From an uncultured Bdellovibrionales bacterium (GTDB lineage Bacteria > Patescibacteriota > Minisyncoccia > Moranbacterales > UBA1568), in assembly GCA_964444815.1 (NCBI GenBank), contig CAYUIR010000003.1:1-60432 (forward strand): a DNA stretch of 60,432 bases. Direction: 5' to 3'. Below, piece by piece: positions 7,685-17,730 of the stretch (position 1 is its first letter; the number at the start of each line of letters is the position of its first letter). A program made the translations under genes and the position numbers. The notes beneath the pieces are model-generated. The model was not told the DNA's origin, made no database searches, and saw only the letters and a list, made by a program, of their open reading frames with translations.

Positions 7685-10300
7685 ATGGCCGTAGAGAAAA
7701 TCCGCCGTCGCGATGGAGAAATCATTCCGTTTGATCGCACCCGTATCGAACGCGCTATTGAACTCGCCTGTGACGCTATCGCTATCACTGACAAAGCCTT
7801 TATCCCGACCGTCACGGATGAAGTGATCAAAGACATTGAACGAGTCTATTCAGAAATCTTTGTCAATCGCCTCCCCACTGTCGAAGATGTCCAGGATATC
7901 GTCGAACGTCAACTGGTCAAAGCCAATCATTTTGAACTGGCCAAAGCCTATATTCTCTACCGCCAAGAACGTAAGGCCGAACGCGAGGAACGTCACGAAC
8001 GTCTCGTTCGCGAGTTTGAAGAGCGGACGCTCAAGGTCACCAAGTCTGATGGTTCCAAAGAATACTTTGATATCAAAAAATTGCGTGTCGTATTTGATCG
8101 GGCTTCCAAAGGATTTGAGGAGGAGTGTCGTTTTGAGGATCTCATGGATTCCTTCAAGAAGAACCTGGTTGATGACATCAAGACCTCTGACATTGAGGCG
8201 CTCCTGGTCAAAACTTGTGTGGATCTCGTCACGGTCGAAAATATCGCGTGGCAAAATATCGCGGCTCGTATCCTCCTCGGTGGTCTCTACAAGAAGGCCA
8301 TCAAGAATCGTGGCATGGCTCAGAAAGACATCTACTCTCCCGCTGCCTACAAGAGTCACTTTGACTACTACATCGAAAAAGGCCTCTACTTCAAAGACTT
8401 CTATCAGTACTACACCCCTGAGGATATCCTCGAAGCTGGCTCGCACCTCTCCAAAGAAACCGACGAGAGCTATGAGTACACAACCATTGTTTCTTTTATC
8501 AAGCGCTACCTCTTGAATCCCAACAAAATAGTCCGGGAACTACCACAGGAAATGTACATGTCGGTCGCCCTCTTCCTCGCCATCCCAGAAGAAAAGGAGA
8601 ATCGCCTCAAGCTCGCCCTCAAAATCTACGAGCACTGCTCGAAGCAGCGTATCTCGCTCCCGACGCCGACACTCTTAAATGCCCGCACCAACTACAATCA
8701 GCTCTCGAGCTGTTTCAAGATTAACGTCGATGACGATCTCCGTGGTATCTACCACGCGGTTGAAAACATGGCCCAGATCTCCAAGTTCGGCGGGGGAGTC
8801 GGTGTGTATCTTGGTAACATCCGCTCCCGAGGGAGCTCGATCCGTGGCGTGAAAGGCATGTCCGGTGGCGTGAACCCTTGGATTAAAGTCATCAATGACA
8901 CCGCGGTCGCAGTGAATCAACTCGGTTCACGCTTGGGTGCTATCTCGGTCACCCTCGACATCTGGCACCTCGATATCTACGACTTCTTTGATCTCCAGAC
9001 CGAGACCGGCGATATCCGTTCCAAGGCCTTTGATATTTTCCCAGCCGTCTCAATTCCTGATCTTTTCATGAAGCGCCTCCGCGAAGGTCAGGCCTGGACC
9101 CTCTTTGATCCGCATGAGGTCAAGAGTCTCTATGGCAAGTCACTCCAAGACCACTTTGGGGAAGAGTTTGAGGCATTCTATGCTGAGCTCGAACGCGATG
9201 AGCGCCTGACCATGAAGAAAAGCGTCGACAGCAAAGAGCTCTTCAAGAAATTCTTGAAGGCCACGGTCGAGACCGGTATGCCCTATGTCTTTTTCCGTGA
9301 TACAGTCAATCGCCTGAACCCCAACAAGCACGCCGGCAACATCTATTCGACTCAGCTCTGTACCGAAATCTGCCAGAACACCTCTGCTTCTAAGTTCGTG
9401 GAAGAAACTATCGAAGATGGTCAGATTGTCCTCCGCTACGATCCGGGTGACCTCGTCGTCTGTAACCTCGCCTCGATCAATGTCGCGACGGTCCACGAGC
9501 CGGCTGTGATTGCTGATACGTTCCCAGTCCTCATGCGCATCCTCGATAACGTCATCACGCTCAATTACTACCCAATCAAAGAAGCTGAGCGCACCTCCAA
9601 GCGTTATCGCTCAGTTGGCGTCGGCTACCTTGGTCTCGCTGAATACCTCGCTACCCGCAAGATTTCCTACGATAGTGAGGAGGCCCGAAAAGAGACTGAT
9701 CGCCTCTTTGAACGCTATGCCTACCACACCTATCGCGCCTCGGTTGATCTCGCCAAGGAACGTGGTACCTATGAGCTCTATCCTGGGAGTGAGTACTCAA
9801 AGGGTATGCTCCTCGGTCGCGATCTCGCCTGGTACGAAACAAATACCCCGTTTGCTGAGGAATGGCGCACCCTCTTTGCTGATATGGCCGTTCACGGGGT
9901 CCGCTTCGCCTACCACACCGCCCCCGCGCCGAACACCTCAACGGCTGGTGTCGTCGGTACGACCGCTGCCCTCCTCCCAATCTACAAGCGCTACTTCGTT
10001 GAGACCAACCTCTCGGCTCCGACTATTCGTGTGGCCCCGAAACTCTCCAAAGAGAACTTTTGGTTCTACAAAGAATACATCCACATGGACATGGCTGATG
10101 TCATCAGTCTCATCGCGGTTGTGTACAAATGGGTGGACCAGTCTATCAGTTTCGAATGGATGATAGATCCAGCCCGGGTCAGCCCTGCGCAGCTCTATGG
10201 CTACTACCTCCTCGCCTGGGAGAAGGAAATCAAGACCGTCTACTATGTCCGTAGTCTCTCTGGCGAAGTAAAAGATGGTTGTGTGAGCTGTAGCGGCTAG
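7685..10300 (+). CDS. nrdA: class I ribonucleoside-diphosphate reductase alpha subunit with N-terminal ATP-cone
   Basis: ATP-cone (KIRRRDGEIIPFDRTRIERAI). Catalytic core NLCTEI-like (STQLCTEICQ), SCFKINV, and a C-terminal CVSC redox pair. Confidence 0.92.
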   Translation: MAVEKIRRRDGEIIPFDRTRIERAIELACDAIAITDKAFIPTVTDEVIKDIERVYSEIFVNRLPTVEDVQDIVERQLVKANHFELAKAYILYRQERKAEREERHERLVREFEERTLKVTKSDGSKEYFDIKKLRVVFDRASKGFEEECRFEDLMDSFKKNLVDDIKTSDIEALLVKTCVDLVTVENIAWQNIAARILLGGLYKKAIKNRGMAQKDIYSPAAYKSHFDYYIEKGLYFKDFYQYYTPEDILEAGSHLSKETDESYEYTTIVSFIKRYLLNPNKIVRELPQEMYMSVALFLAIPEEKENRLKLALKIYEHCSKQRISLPTPTLLNARTNYNQLSSCFKINVDDDLRGIYHAVENMAQISKFGGGVGVYLGNIRSRGSSIRGVKGMSGGVNPWIKVINDTAVAVNQLGSRLGAISVTLDIWHLDIYDFFDLQTETGDIRSKAFDIFPAVSIPDLFMKRLREGQAWTLFDPHEVKSLYGKSLQDHFGEEFEAFYAELERDERLTMKKSVDSKELFKKFLKATVETGMPYVFFRDTVNRLNPNKHAGNIYSTQLCTEICQNTSASKFVEETIEDGQIVLRYDPGDLVVCNLASINVATVHEPAVIADTFPVLMRILDNVITLNYYPIKEAERTSKRYRSVGVGYLGLAEYLATRKISYDSEEARKETDRLFERYAYHTYRASVDLAKERGTYELYPGSEYSKGMLLGRDLAWYETNTPFAEEWRTLFADMAVHGVRFAYHTAPAPNTSTAGVVGTTAALLPIYKRYFVETNLSAPTIRVAPKLSKENFWFYKEYIHMDMADVISLIAVVYKWVDQSISFEWMIDPARVSPAQLYGYYLLAWEKEIKTVYYVRSLSGEVKDGCVSCSG

Positions 10301-10344
10301 TCTCAAGACGAAGTAGGAAACATGAATCATGAATACCGAAAAAT

Positions 10345-11394
10345 ATGACTGAAGCAGAAATTCTTGAGCGTAATCCGCTCTTCAATCCCAAAGGGGACGA
10401 CTTGGTCGAGCACCGCACCATCATCAAGGGTGCCACGACTGGTCTCTTCAACTTGAATGCCACCAAGTACCCTTGGGCCAAATCCCTCTACCAGGTCATG
10501 GTCGGCAACTTCTGGGTCCCTGAAAAGGTCTCTGGCCTCAAGGATGATGCCCGCATGTTTCACGCTGACTTGAGCCTAGAAGAGCAAAAGGCCTACAAGG
10601 GGATTCTCTCGTTCCTCATCTTTCTTGACTCGATTCAGACCGTCAACCTCCCACATTTCTCCGACTACGTCACCTCGCCCGAGGTAAACCTCATCCTCTC
10701 CATTCAGGCCTATCAGGAAGCGATCCACTCCCAGTCCTACGCCACCATCCTCGAAGCCGTCGTCGATAGCAAAGAGCGAGAAGAAATCTATTACTTCTGG
10801 CGGAGCGACAGCGTGCTCCTTGAGCGCAACAAATACATCGGCCAGATCTATCAGGATTTCATCGATAGCCCCTCGGATAAGACCTTTTTCCGAGGTGTGG
10901 TCGCCAACTTCCTCCTTGAGTCCATCTACTTCTATAACGGCTTTGCCTTCTTCGATACCTTGGTCGATCGGATGAAGATGCTCGCGACTGGTCGCATGAT
11001 CGCCTACATCCGCCGTGACGAACTGACTCATGTCACCATCTTCTCGAATCTCATCCGCGAGATCAAGCGCGAATTCCCAGAGATCTACGATGAAGCGCTT
11101 GTGGTCGACATGATGAAGACGGCCGTGGAACAGGAGATCGAATGGAGTCGCCACATCTTAGGTGACCGTATCCCGGGTCTCAACGGTGACACGACCGAAG
11201 GCTACACCAAGTGGCTCGCCAACAAGCGGCTTGCCATGCTCAACATCGACCCGCTCTACCCAGAGGCCATCGACAATCCATACAAGCACCTCGATCGCTT
11301 GCAGGATGTAAACAGCGACAAAGGCAACTTCTTTGAAACGACGGTCGTCAACTACACGCAGTCATCGAGTATGAATGGTAGTTGGGACTTCTAG
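10345..11394 (+). CDS. nrdB: class I ribonucleotide reductase beta subunit (di-metal/tyrosyl radical)
   Basis: Ligand motifs FLDSIQ, EAIHSQSY (Glu-His plus radical Tyr), ESIYFYNGF and RDELTHV. Confidence 0.9.
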   Translation: MTEAEILERNPLFNPKGDDLVEHRTIIKGATTGLFNLNATKYPWAKSLYQVMVGNFWVPEKVSGLKDDARMFHADLSLEEQKAYKGILSFLIFLDSIQTVNLPHFSDYVTSPEVNLILSIQAYQEAIHSQSYATILEAVVDSKEREEIYYFWRSDSVLLERNKYIGQIYQDFIDSPSDKTFFRGVVANFLLESIYFYNGFAFFDTLVDRMKMLATGRMIAYIRRDELTHVTIFSNLIREIKREFPEIYDEALVVDMMKTAVEQEIEWSRHILGDRIPGLNGDTTEGYTKWLANKRLAMLNIDPLYPEAIDNPYKHLDRLQDVNSDKGNFFETTVVNYTQSSSMNGSWDF

Positions 11395-11419
11395 TAATAG
11401 AAGTTTCGCAAGAAAACTC

Positions 11420-11450
11420 ATCCCGGGAGCTTCTCCTGGGATTTTTCTTT
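11420..11450 (+). terminator. intrinsic terminator after nrdB
   Basis: 10-bp stem atcccgggag/ctcctgggat with loop ctt, followed by TTTTCTTT. Confidence 0.7.
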
Positions 11451-11491
11451 GGCAAAATGTGATATAATTTGTAACAGATATCTTTTTTGCT

Positions 11492-12433
11492 ATGAATATC
11501 AAAAAACAATTCATCCTTTCGGTCGCTTTCCTGTCTCTCCTATCCTTTACTCTCGCGCTAGCGACGCCTGTTCAAGCCCAAGAACAAAAGCCCGGGCTTC
11601 AATACCAGCTCCTCGAAAAAATCCCTGGGACAGACGGCCTCGGGAGTGACCTCCCGGGCTATGTCAGTGCCATCTACAAGATGGCTCTCATCATCGTCAC
11701 CCTCTCCGCAGTCCTCATGCTCACCGTCGGTGGATTCATGTATCTCACCAGTGCCGGTAACACGGCATCCATCGGTACCGCCAAAGGTATTATCTACGAT
11801 TCACTCATCGGCCTCATCATAGCTCTGAGCGCCTGGCTCGTCCTCTACATCATCAACCCCGACCTGGTGGAGGTGAATCTCACCACTCTTGCTCCTGTCG
11901 CCCCCGTAGGTGGTAATCCAGCCGGCGCTCCCGGCGACATCGGTGCCCTCCCAACGGGAAGCGATTCAGATTTAGCCTACAAAATTCTCGCAAATAGCAA
12001 CATCTCTCTCAATGCCAGCGGCAGTTGCTCGAGTGCCAGCGGCGAGGTTACTCCCCAAAAAAATATTGCCGACATATCTCAAGGGCGAAAAGCTGCCTCT
12101 TGTAGTAATGGTTGTGCTGGAAAAGGGTCATCAGGATGCACTGACAACTCCATCAACTTAAGCAACAAGATGCTTGCAGCTATTGTGGCTGTTGGCGAAA
12201 AGCAACGATTTACTATCACAAGCATTGGTGGGGGATCACACGCTACCAATTCAGCCCACTTTCGTGGCGCTGCGATAGATATCACTCCTGTGAATCAGGC
12301 CCTCTTGGATGCTTTTGTGGCTGCTGGGGCCTATCCCCCAAATGGCAACTCCGCCTCTATGTGTGAATTAAACGGTAAGAATGTGGGCTGTAGCGGTGGC
12401 GGAAACCATATTCATCTTGTTTTCCCAAACTAG
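11492..12433 (+). CDS. secreted TrbC/VirB2-like (T4SS-type) pilin domain fused to a LAS/M15-type zinc peptidase domain
   Basis: Signal peptide ...ALATPVQAQE. Two-helix pilin-like core (MALIIVTLSAVLMLTVGGFMYLTSAGN...IGLIIALSAWLVLYIINP). Cys-rich C-terminal half with SAHFRGAAIDI (H-x6-D) and NHIHLV (H-x-H) metal motifs. Confidence 0.6.
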   Translation: MNIKKQFILSVAFLSLLSFTLALATPVQAQEQKPGLQYQLLEKIPGTDGLGSDLPGYVSAIYKMALIIVTLSAVLMLTVGGFMYLTSAGNTASIGTAKGIIYDSLIGLIIALSAWLVLYIINPDLVEVNLTTLAPVAPVGGNPAGAPGDIGALPTGSDSDLAYKILANSNISLNASGSCSSASGEVTPQKNIADISQGRKAASCSNGCAGKGSSGCTDNSINLSNKMLAAIVAVGEKQRFTITSIGGGSHATNSAHFRGAAIDITPVNQALLDAFVAAGAYPPNGNSASMCELNGKNVGCSGGGNHIHLVFPN

Positions 12434-12463
12434 TCTTCACCGCATGTCATTTTGATTTTTTGT

Positions 12464-13603
12464 ATGGCCAAAAAGATTTTTTTCTTTTCTGTCACTCTCC
12501 TGGTGCTTGTTCTCATTTTTTTGGGTGCCTACAATCTCGTATTCAAAAACAATAAGAACAACCCTGTCGCAGATCCGAGCAAAAAATCGTTTCTCAGTGA
12601 GGCAGAAGACAGTCTGTTCAACAAGAGTGGTGCCGCTGAAAACCCGCTCAATGAACGAGTGCTCGGCGTCACCATGGGTGAAGACGGCATGCTCTATTAC
12701 TACTCTCTTGATGACAAATCGCTCAAAAAGGCCACGAGTGAAGGAAAGAACAAGACGGTCCTTATGAGTAATCTCCCGGGCGATGCCACCCGAGTCCTAT
12801 GGTCGGCCAAGACCGACAAGGTCCTCCTTTCACTCAAAAGTGCCAGTAGTACGCTCTGGTACTTTGTCCACCTCGGCAACAAGTCACTTGTGCCACTCAA
12901 GCCCGAAATAGGCCGTCTCGCTTGGGACAATTTTGGTGAACGGACCTTTTATCAGTATACCGACCCCGCCACCAAGGTACGTTCTCTCAATGTTTCCGAT
13001 CCTGATGGCAAAAACTGGAAAAAACTGGCTGACTTGGGCACCAATGACTTTTTTCTCTCGGCTGTACCTGAAAGCAGTCTCGTATCCTTCTGGAATCGAC
13101 CAGACATTAGTACACCATCGACCTTTGAAATGGTCGGGATCTCTGGTGAAGCGCGCAAAGCTCTCGTGAGTGGCGGAGTATTTGGTGGCGACTATCTCTG
13201 GTCGCCCAATGGTGAACGAGCGGTAGCAAGTGGCAATGACACTGAGACCGGCCAGGGATTCACGCTCCGCAGTATCGATCGCTCGGGGGGAAGTAAACCT
13301 CTCGCCATCCCAACCCTCATCTCCAAAGTAACGTGGTCAAAAGACAACCGCACCCTCTACTATGCCCTCCCCGGATCGCTCCCAAGTGATGCCCTTCTCC
13401 CCAATGATTATTTCCAAAAGTCACTCCACAGTAAGGATACTTTTTGGAAAATTGACCTCAACACCGGCAAGAAAAGTCGCTTGGTTGAACTCAAGGAATC
13501 AACGCAATCACTCGATGCGACCGATCTTTTCCTCTCAAACGAAGAGGACGCCCTCTACTTTACAGACCGAGCGTCAGAAAAGCTCTATCGCCTAGAGCTC
13601 TAG
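12464..13603 (+). CDS. membrane-anchored beta-propeller (TolB/PD40-like repeat) protein
   Basis: N-terminal TM anchor. Repeated W-S-x-D/N-G blocks (LWSAKTDKV, YLWSPNGERAV, VTWSKDNRTLYY). Confidence 0.5.
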   Translation: MAKKIFFFSVTLLVLVLIFLGAYNLVFKNNKNNPVADPSKKSFLSEAEDSLFNKSGAAENPLNERVLGVTMGEDGMLYYYSLDDKSLKKATSEGKNKTVLMSNLPGDATRVLWSAKTDKVLLSLKSASSTLWYFVHLGNKSLVPLKPEIGRLAWDNFGERTFYQYTDPATKVRSLNVSDPDGKNWKKLADLGTNDFFLSAVPESSLVSFWNRPDISTPSTFEMVGISGEARKALVSGGVFGGDYLWSPNGERAVASGNDTETGQGFTLRSIDRSGGSKPLAIPTLISKVTWSKDNRTLYYALPGSLPSDALLPNDYFQKSLHSKDTFWKIDLNTGKKSRLVELKESTQSLDATDLFLSNEEDALYFTDRASEKLYRLEL

Positions 13604-13621
13604 TCAGGGGCAGGTGGATAT

Positions 13622-14836
13622 CTATGTGAGCTCCCTCGGGAGCTCTTTTTGTACGGCGAGGGCGCTCAGAGCCACCATAAAAAAGAAGAGGTAGGCGAGA
13701 TCTCCCTTAAAAAAGGGTGTATCTACCAATCCCATCATTAGAAAGATACACCAGTACGTCATCATCCCGGTAATCATGGCACTTTTTGTCCGCTCCTTCG
13801 AAAGGAGCCAGAGCGTCCGTCCCACGAGGAGTGTGAAGCCAAAAAGGCCCAGTGGGCCTGTCGCAAAAAACATCGCCAGAGCCACGTTGTGGGGTTCGGG
13901 CACTGACCACTCCAAATATGGTGGAAAAAACTGTTGGTAGTCCAAATAAAGCTCCTGGAAGCGTCCTACGCCGATACCGAACGGATGGTCTAGCGCTATA
14001 CGGAACGCCGCCTGCCAAATCATTTCTCGTGACGACCAGGAAGAACGAGGGTCCTCAGTAAAGAGCGCTTGCCACTTCTCACTCCCATACTCAGAAGCCA
14101 TAAACATCCCGAGCGCAAAGAGAATGCCGAGGACGGCCCCACTCTTCCGCCATGAGTGCTCTCGCTGCCACAGACCGTAAGCGAGTAATCCCAAACAAAC
14201 CGCGAGTATCACCCCGTAGGAGCGCGTGAGGAGCAGTGTCACAGTAAGGAGCGCGAGTGAAAGTGCCAGGCCCATCCGGGAGAATTTCGTCCACCTGACC
14301 GTGTCATCCAAAAGTACCAGAGGGAGTGCCAGGCCAGTAGCCATAAGAAAGGCGAGGAAGTTGGGCGATGTATAGGGGCCTGTGAGACGTCCATCGTACG
14401 TGACTCTACCCAGCCAGTAAGACACAAGACATTGCAGGGCGGTAAGCGTGAGTACAACGAGGAGTGCCTTGACGAGGATATGTTGTCTCTCCCGATGCTG
14501 GCATTCAGAAAAAATGAGGAGACTATAGAGGGCAGGAAAGAAAAACCATGACTTGAGCATCCCTAGCCCCGTAAGCGTAAAGGGGTGAGCGAAAAGTGTC
14601 ACGGTCGCCCCCACGAGGAAAAGCACGCCCCCAAGAAGAATAATCCTGTCCACAGTCGGGAATATGAATCTCTCTCTACGATCAAGCCACCAACAAACAA
14701 GGGCACCCAGAACCGCAATTTCGGGATAGTACCAGGGGAGGCCAAGGAAAACAACTTTGTGTGCCGCGACAGGTAGCGACACGAGTACGAGTACCAGCCA
14801 CCAAAATGTCGCCTTATTCATTGGAGGTATCATCAT
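13622..14836 (-). CDS. O-antigen ligase/polymerase (Wzy_C-like) family membrane protein
   Basis: About 10 TM segments. TRSYGVILAV and PEPHNVALAMFFATGPLG motifs. Start uncertain (GTG 14851, ATG 14836/14833/14821). Confidence 0.65.
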   Translation of the reverse strand: MMIPPMNKATFWWLVLVLVSLPVAAHKVVFLGLPWYYPEIAVLGALVCWWLDRRERFIFPTVDRIILLGGVLFLVGATVTLFAHPFTLTGLGMLKSWFFFPALYSLLIFSECQHRERQHILVKALLVVLTLTALQCLVSYWLGRVTYDGRLTGPYTSPNFLAFLMATGLALPLVLLDDTVRWTKFSRMGLALSLALLTVTLLLTRSYGVILAVCLGLLAYGLWQREHSWRKSGAVLGILFALGMFMASEYGSEKWQALFTEDPRSSWSSREMIWQAAFRIALDHPFGIGVGRFQELYLDYQQFFPPYLEWSVPEPHNVALAMFFATGPLGLFGFTLLVGRTLWLLSKERTKSAMITGMMTYWCIFLMMGLVDTPFFKGDLAYLFFFMVALSALAVQKELPRELT

Positions 14837-16088
14837 ATCGGTATGATACACCGAGTGCTATGAGAAAGAGAAGCAAGGGGAGAATATGGACCGAAAAGAG
14901 AGGCGATTCAAAGAGGGCATGCACAAGAAAAACAACGAGGGAAGTACTTATGGCCAGCGCGAGCGAGTCACGCTGTGTGAGAAACATCCGGGCCAGACGT
15001 AAGAGAGGAATAAAAAGGAGGACGAGAAACAGCCCGAGGCCAATGAGCCCGAGCTCGAGAGCCATATCAAGGTACTGATTGTGTGCATAGATTGGCTCAC
15101 GATATTCTGCTCCCGGCTTGACCCGGAGTGGATAGTTGCCGAGGCCGAGGCCCAAGAGTGGCTTTTCAGCGATAAGGACGGCCGACTCTCGCCACAATCG
15201 GATACGCTCTTGATTGGAGCCATCACTCTCTGAGAAGCTCGAAAGGAGACGCGCGCCAACGGGCGACAGGAGGAGGGCCCCGATGAGCAGTATCACGACC
15301 AAAAGTTGTTTGAGGTGTTTGGTAGTAAGGCCGAAACAGCCCGAGAAGAGAAGAAACCACAGCCCGCCACCAATGAGTCCCACATAGCCACCCCGAGAGA
15401 ACGTCAGAAGATCAGCCATCAGAAGAATCACAAATGCCAGGAGGAAGCGGGGGCTTCTCTTTTCATCGGACCAGTAAAGACCGAAGGCGAGTGATGCCGT
15501 CATGCCGGTGAAAAAGGAAAATATGTGCGGATCAGGCAAGAAACCAGAAGCGCGAAGCACTGTTACGCCCGAGATATTGACGAGGAGACTTGAGTGGGCG
15601 ATGACGGCCTCTCCAAAGGCCCCTCCCAAAAACCAAGGCAATATGTTTGAAAGATACGACACCATCTGTCCCACTCCAAAAACAAACTGCGCCAAAAAAA
15701 TACTGATGGCGACGATGCTCATGGCCGTCGCGCCAAGAACCAGCGCCTCGACCAGTCTACGCGCCTGTTTTTTGTGTGTCCGTATCACGTCTGAAAGAAC
15801 AAAAAAGAATGGCAAGAACGAGAGAAGAAAGGCCCATTTCCGATACGTAAAAACTTCGTTCTCAGACCAAAGAGCGGATCCTAAGGCAACGAAAAGGAGC
15901 GAAAGAAGCGCAAAGGCAACCGGTCCTCCAGTAAACATGAGCCTTCGTTGGTACAAGCCAGAAGCGAGCCAAAGCAGGAATATTCCTCCTGTCGCTATCC
16001 GAATCAGCGCCAAATCAATTCCCGGGGCAGGGGAGAGGGCCCACTGGAAAGGGAGGAGGAGAAAATAAACTACGAGAAGCTGATTCAT
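14814..16088 (-). CDS. O-antigen ligase/polymerase (Wzy_C-like) family membrane protein
   Basis: TFSRGGYVGLIGGG and AHNQYLDMALELGLIGLG motifs. Start set to ATG 16088 (MNQLLVVYFLL), giving an ATGA overlap with the upstream GT2 gene. Confidence 0.7.
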   Translation of the reverse strand: MNQLLVVYFLLLPFQWALSPAPGIDLALIRIATGGIFLLWLASGLYQRRLMFTGGPVAFALLSLLFVALGSALWSENEVFTYRKWAFLLSFLPFFFVLSDVIRTHKKQARRLVEALVLGATAMSIVAISIFLAQFVFGVGQMVSYLSNILPWFLGGAFGEAVIAHSSLLVNISGVTVLRASGFLPDPHIFSFFTGMTASLAFGLYWSDEKRSPRFLLAFVILLMADLLTFSRGGYVGLIGGGLWFLLFSGCFGLTTKHLKQLLVVILLIGALLLSPVGARLLSSFSESDGSNQERIRLWRESAVLIAEKPLLGLGLGNYPLRVKPGAEYREPIYAHNQYLDMALELGLIGLGLFLVLLFIPLLRLARMFLTQRDSLALAISTSLVVFLVHALFESPLFSVHILPLLLFLIALGVSYRYDDTSNE

Positions 16089-16858
16089 AAGTGAGGGCAC
16101 ATGAGCCGCTGGAGGAGATGGAGAATAATTTCCTCCCATTTCGGTCGATAAGTTCGAAAATAGCGACGCTGCGAGTCGTAGTAAAACCCCTTTTGGTGTA
16201 ATCGCGAAACAAAGCTCTTTCCGCCAACATGGACCAGCCTTGCTGGCATCCGTTTGAGCTTGCTCCCCATCTTTTTGGCCCGTAGACACAGGTCAACATC
16301 CTCAAAATAGAGGAAATAGCCGGTATCGAAGCCCTGAAGGGCGAGGAATCGTTCTCGCGTGAGAAAGAGAGCCGCTCCACTCATCCAATCAATTTCACCC
16401 GTACGCTGTCCTTGCCCACTATGTATCTCCACAATTCGCCTGAGGCTCGGGGCCGACCCAAAACTATTGGCCTCTTCACTCCCCCCTGAGGCAATGAGTG
16501 TTGGGGCACAGAGAAGGGTAGGGTCGTGTTCGAGCATCCTCCGTACTTCTTGTAGGAACGGCTCCACAAAACGCACGTCAGGGTTCAAGATACCGATGAT
16601 GGCACCTCTCGCCTCGGCTACTCCCAGATTGACCCCCGCCCCAAAGCCATCATTTCGAGGCGGAGTAAGCACACGAAAAGCATACTGCTTGGCGAGAGCC
16701 TCGAGCGCTCGTTCTTCTCCTCTATCATTGTTTACCACAATGATCTCAAAGGACACCCCCGCATTTTCGTGAACAAACAAGCTCTCGAGGGCATGCGCGA
16801 GCTCCCACACGCTACGGTAGTTAACGAAAACGAGGGAAATGGTCGGTAGAGCAGTCAT
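16085..16858 (-). CDS. family 2 glycosyltransferase
   Basis: ISLVFVNYRS...IIVVNNDRGEE...DVRF... and the FLYFEDVDLCLR pattern of GT2 rhamnosyltransferase-like enzymes. Start at ATG 16858. Confidence 0.75.
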   Translation of the reverse strand: MTALPTISLVFVNYRSVWELAHALESLFVHENAGVSFEIIVVNNDRGEERALEALAKQYAFRVLTPPRNDGFGAGVNLGVAEARGAIIGILNPDVRFVEPFLQEVRRMLEHDPTLLCAPTLIASGGSEEANSFGSAPSLRRIVEIHSGQGQRTGEIDWMSGAALFLTRERFLALQGFDTGYFLYFEDVDLCLRAKKMGSKLKRMPARLVHVGGKSFVSRLHQKGFYYDSQRRYFRTYRPKWEEIILHLLQRLMCPHL

Positions 16859-17708
16859 GGGAAAATTGGTAGTAGGCGCGACGGACAGAACGGGATCCCT
16901 TCCTCCCAAGGAGGATATCGAGGCTATTTTTAGCTTTTCGTATTGTAACATAGGCCCCCAGATAGACTCTTTGCCACCAAGACGCATGCTTGTGAAAAAA
17001 GTGTAGGCCCGAAAGGACGAGATAGTACAACTTGGTATCGCTTAGGCGACTCAATTCCCGGTGCTGTACGGTAGCTCCCGGGACCACCAGCAAGCGAAAG
17101 CCTGCTTTTTTGGCTCGAAGAGAGTAGTCAGCATCCTCATAGTACAGAAAGAAGCGCTCATCGAGGTCGCCGATAGTCTCTATGACCTCTCTTTTCATGA
17201 GAAGGGCGCAGCCGGTCAGATATTCGCTTTCATAGGCACTTGCGCTTCGCTCGCTTGCCCTGGGAGCGACATGCGTGGCGCGCATACGGAGATAGGAGAG
17301 AGCGCCCTTTTCAAACCAGGGCCGAGCGTGCTCATCGAGAATGACGGGTGAGAGTAACCCCCATTCCGTTTCTTGCCCCACTTTCACGAGTCGTGAGAGA
17401 CAGCCTCCCGCCACCTCCGCATCATTATTGAGGAGCCATACGCTGTCAGCACCTAAAGCGAGGGCCTCGCGCATGCCCCGATTCATACCTGCCGCAAAGC
17501 CGAGATTCCTTTCATTTTCAACATACGTGTATTCTGGAAACTGCACTTTAGCCTGGATGAAAGAATCGTCTTCGGAGTGATTATCAACAACCAGAACAAA
17601 GGAGTTGGTGTAGTCCTGCGCCCGGAGGGCAGAGAGACATGCCGTCAAACAGGAGGATCCATTGTAGTTCAAAACCACAATACCAACCTTGGGAAGAGCG
17701 GTATCCAT
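16821..17708 (-). CDS. family 2 glycosyltransferase
   Basis: VGIVVLNYNG...VVDNHSEDDS...LLNNDAEV...FLYYEDADYSLR. Confidence 0.8.
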   Translation of the reverse strand: MDTALPKVGIVVLNYNGSSCLTACLSALRAQDYTNSFVLVVDNHSEDDSFIQAKVQFPEYTYVENERNLGFAAGMNRGMREALALGADSVWLLNNDAEVAGGCLSRLVKVGQETEWGLLSPVILDEHARPWFEKGALSYLRMRATHVAPRASERSASAYESEYLTGCALLMKREVIETIGDLDERFFLYYEDADYSLRAKKAGFRLLVVPGATVQHRELSRLSDTKLYYLVLSGLHFFHKHASWWQRVYLGAYVTIRKAKNSLDILLGRKGSRSVRRAYYQFSHDCSTDHFPRFR

Positions 17709-17730
17709 AGGCAGAGAAAATGGGAATAAT

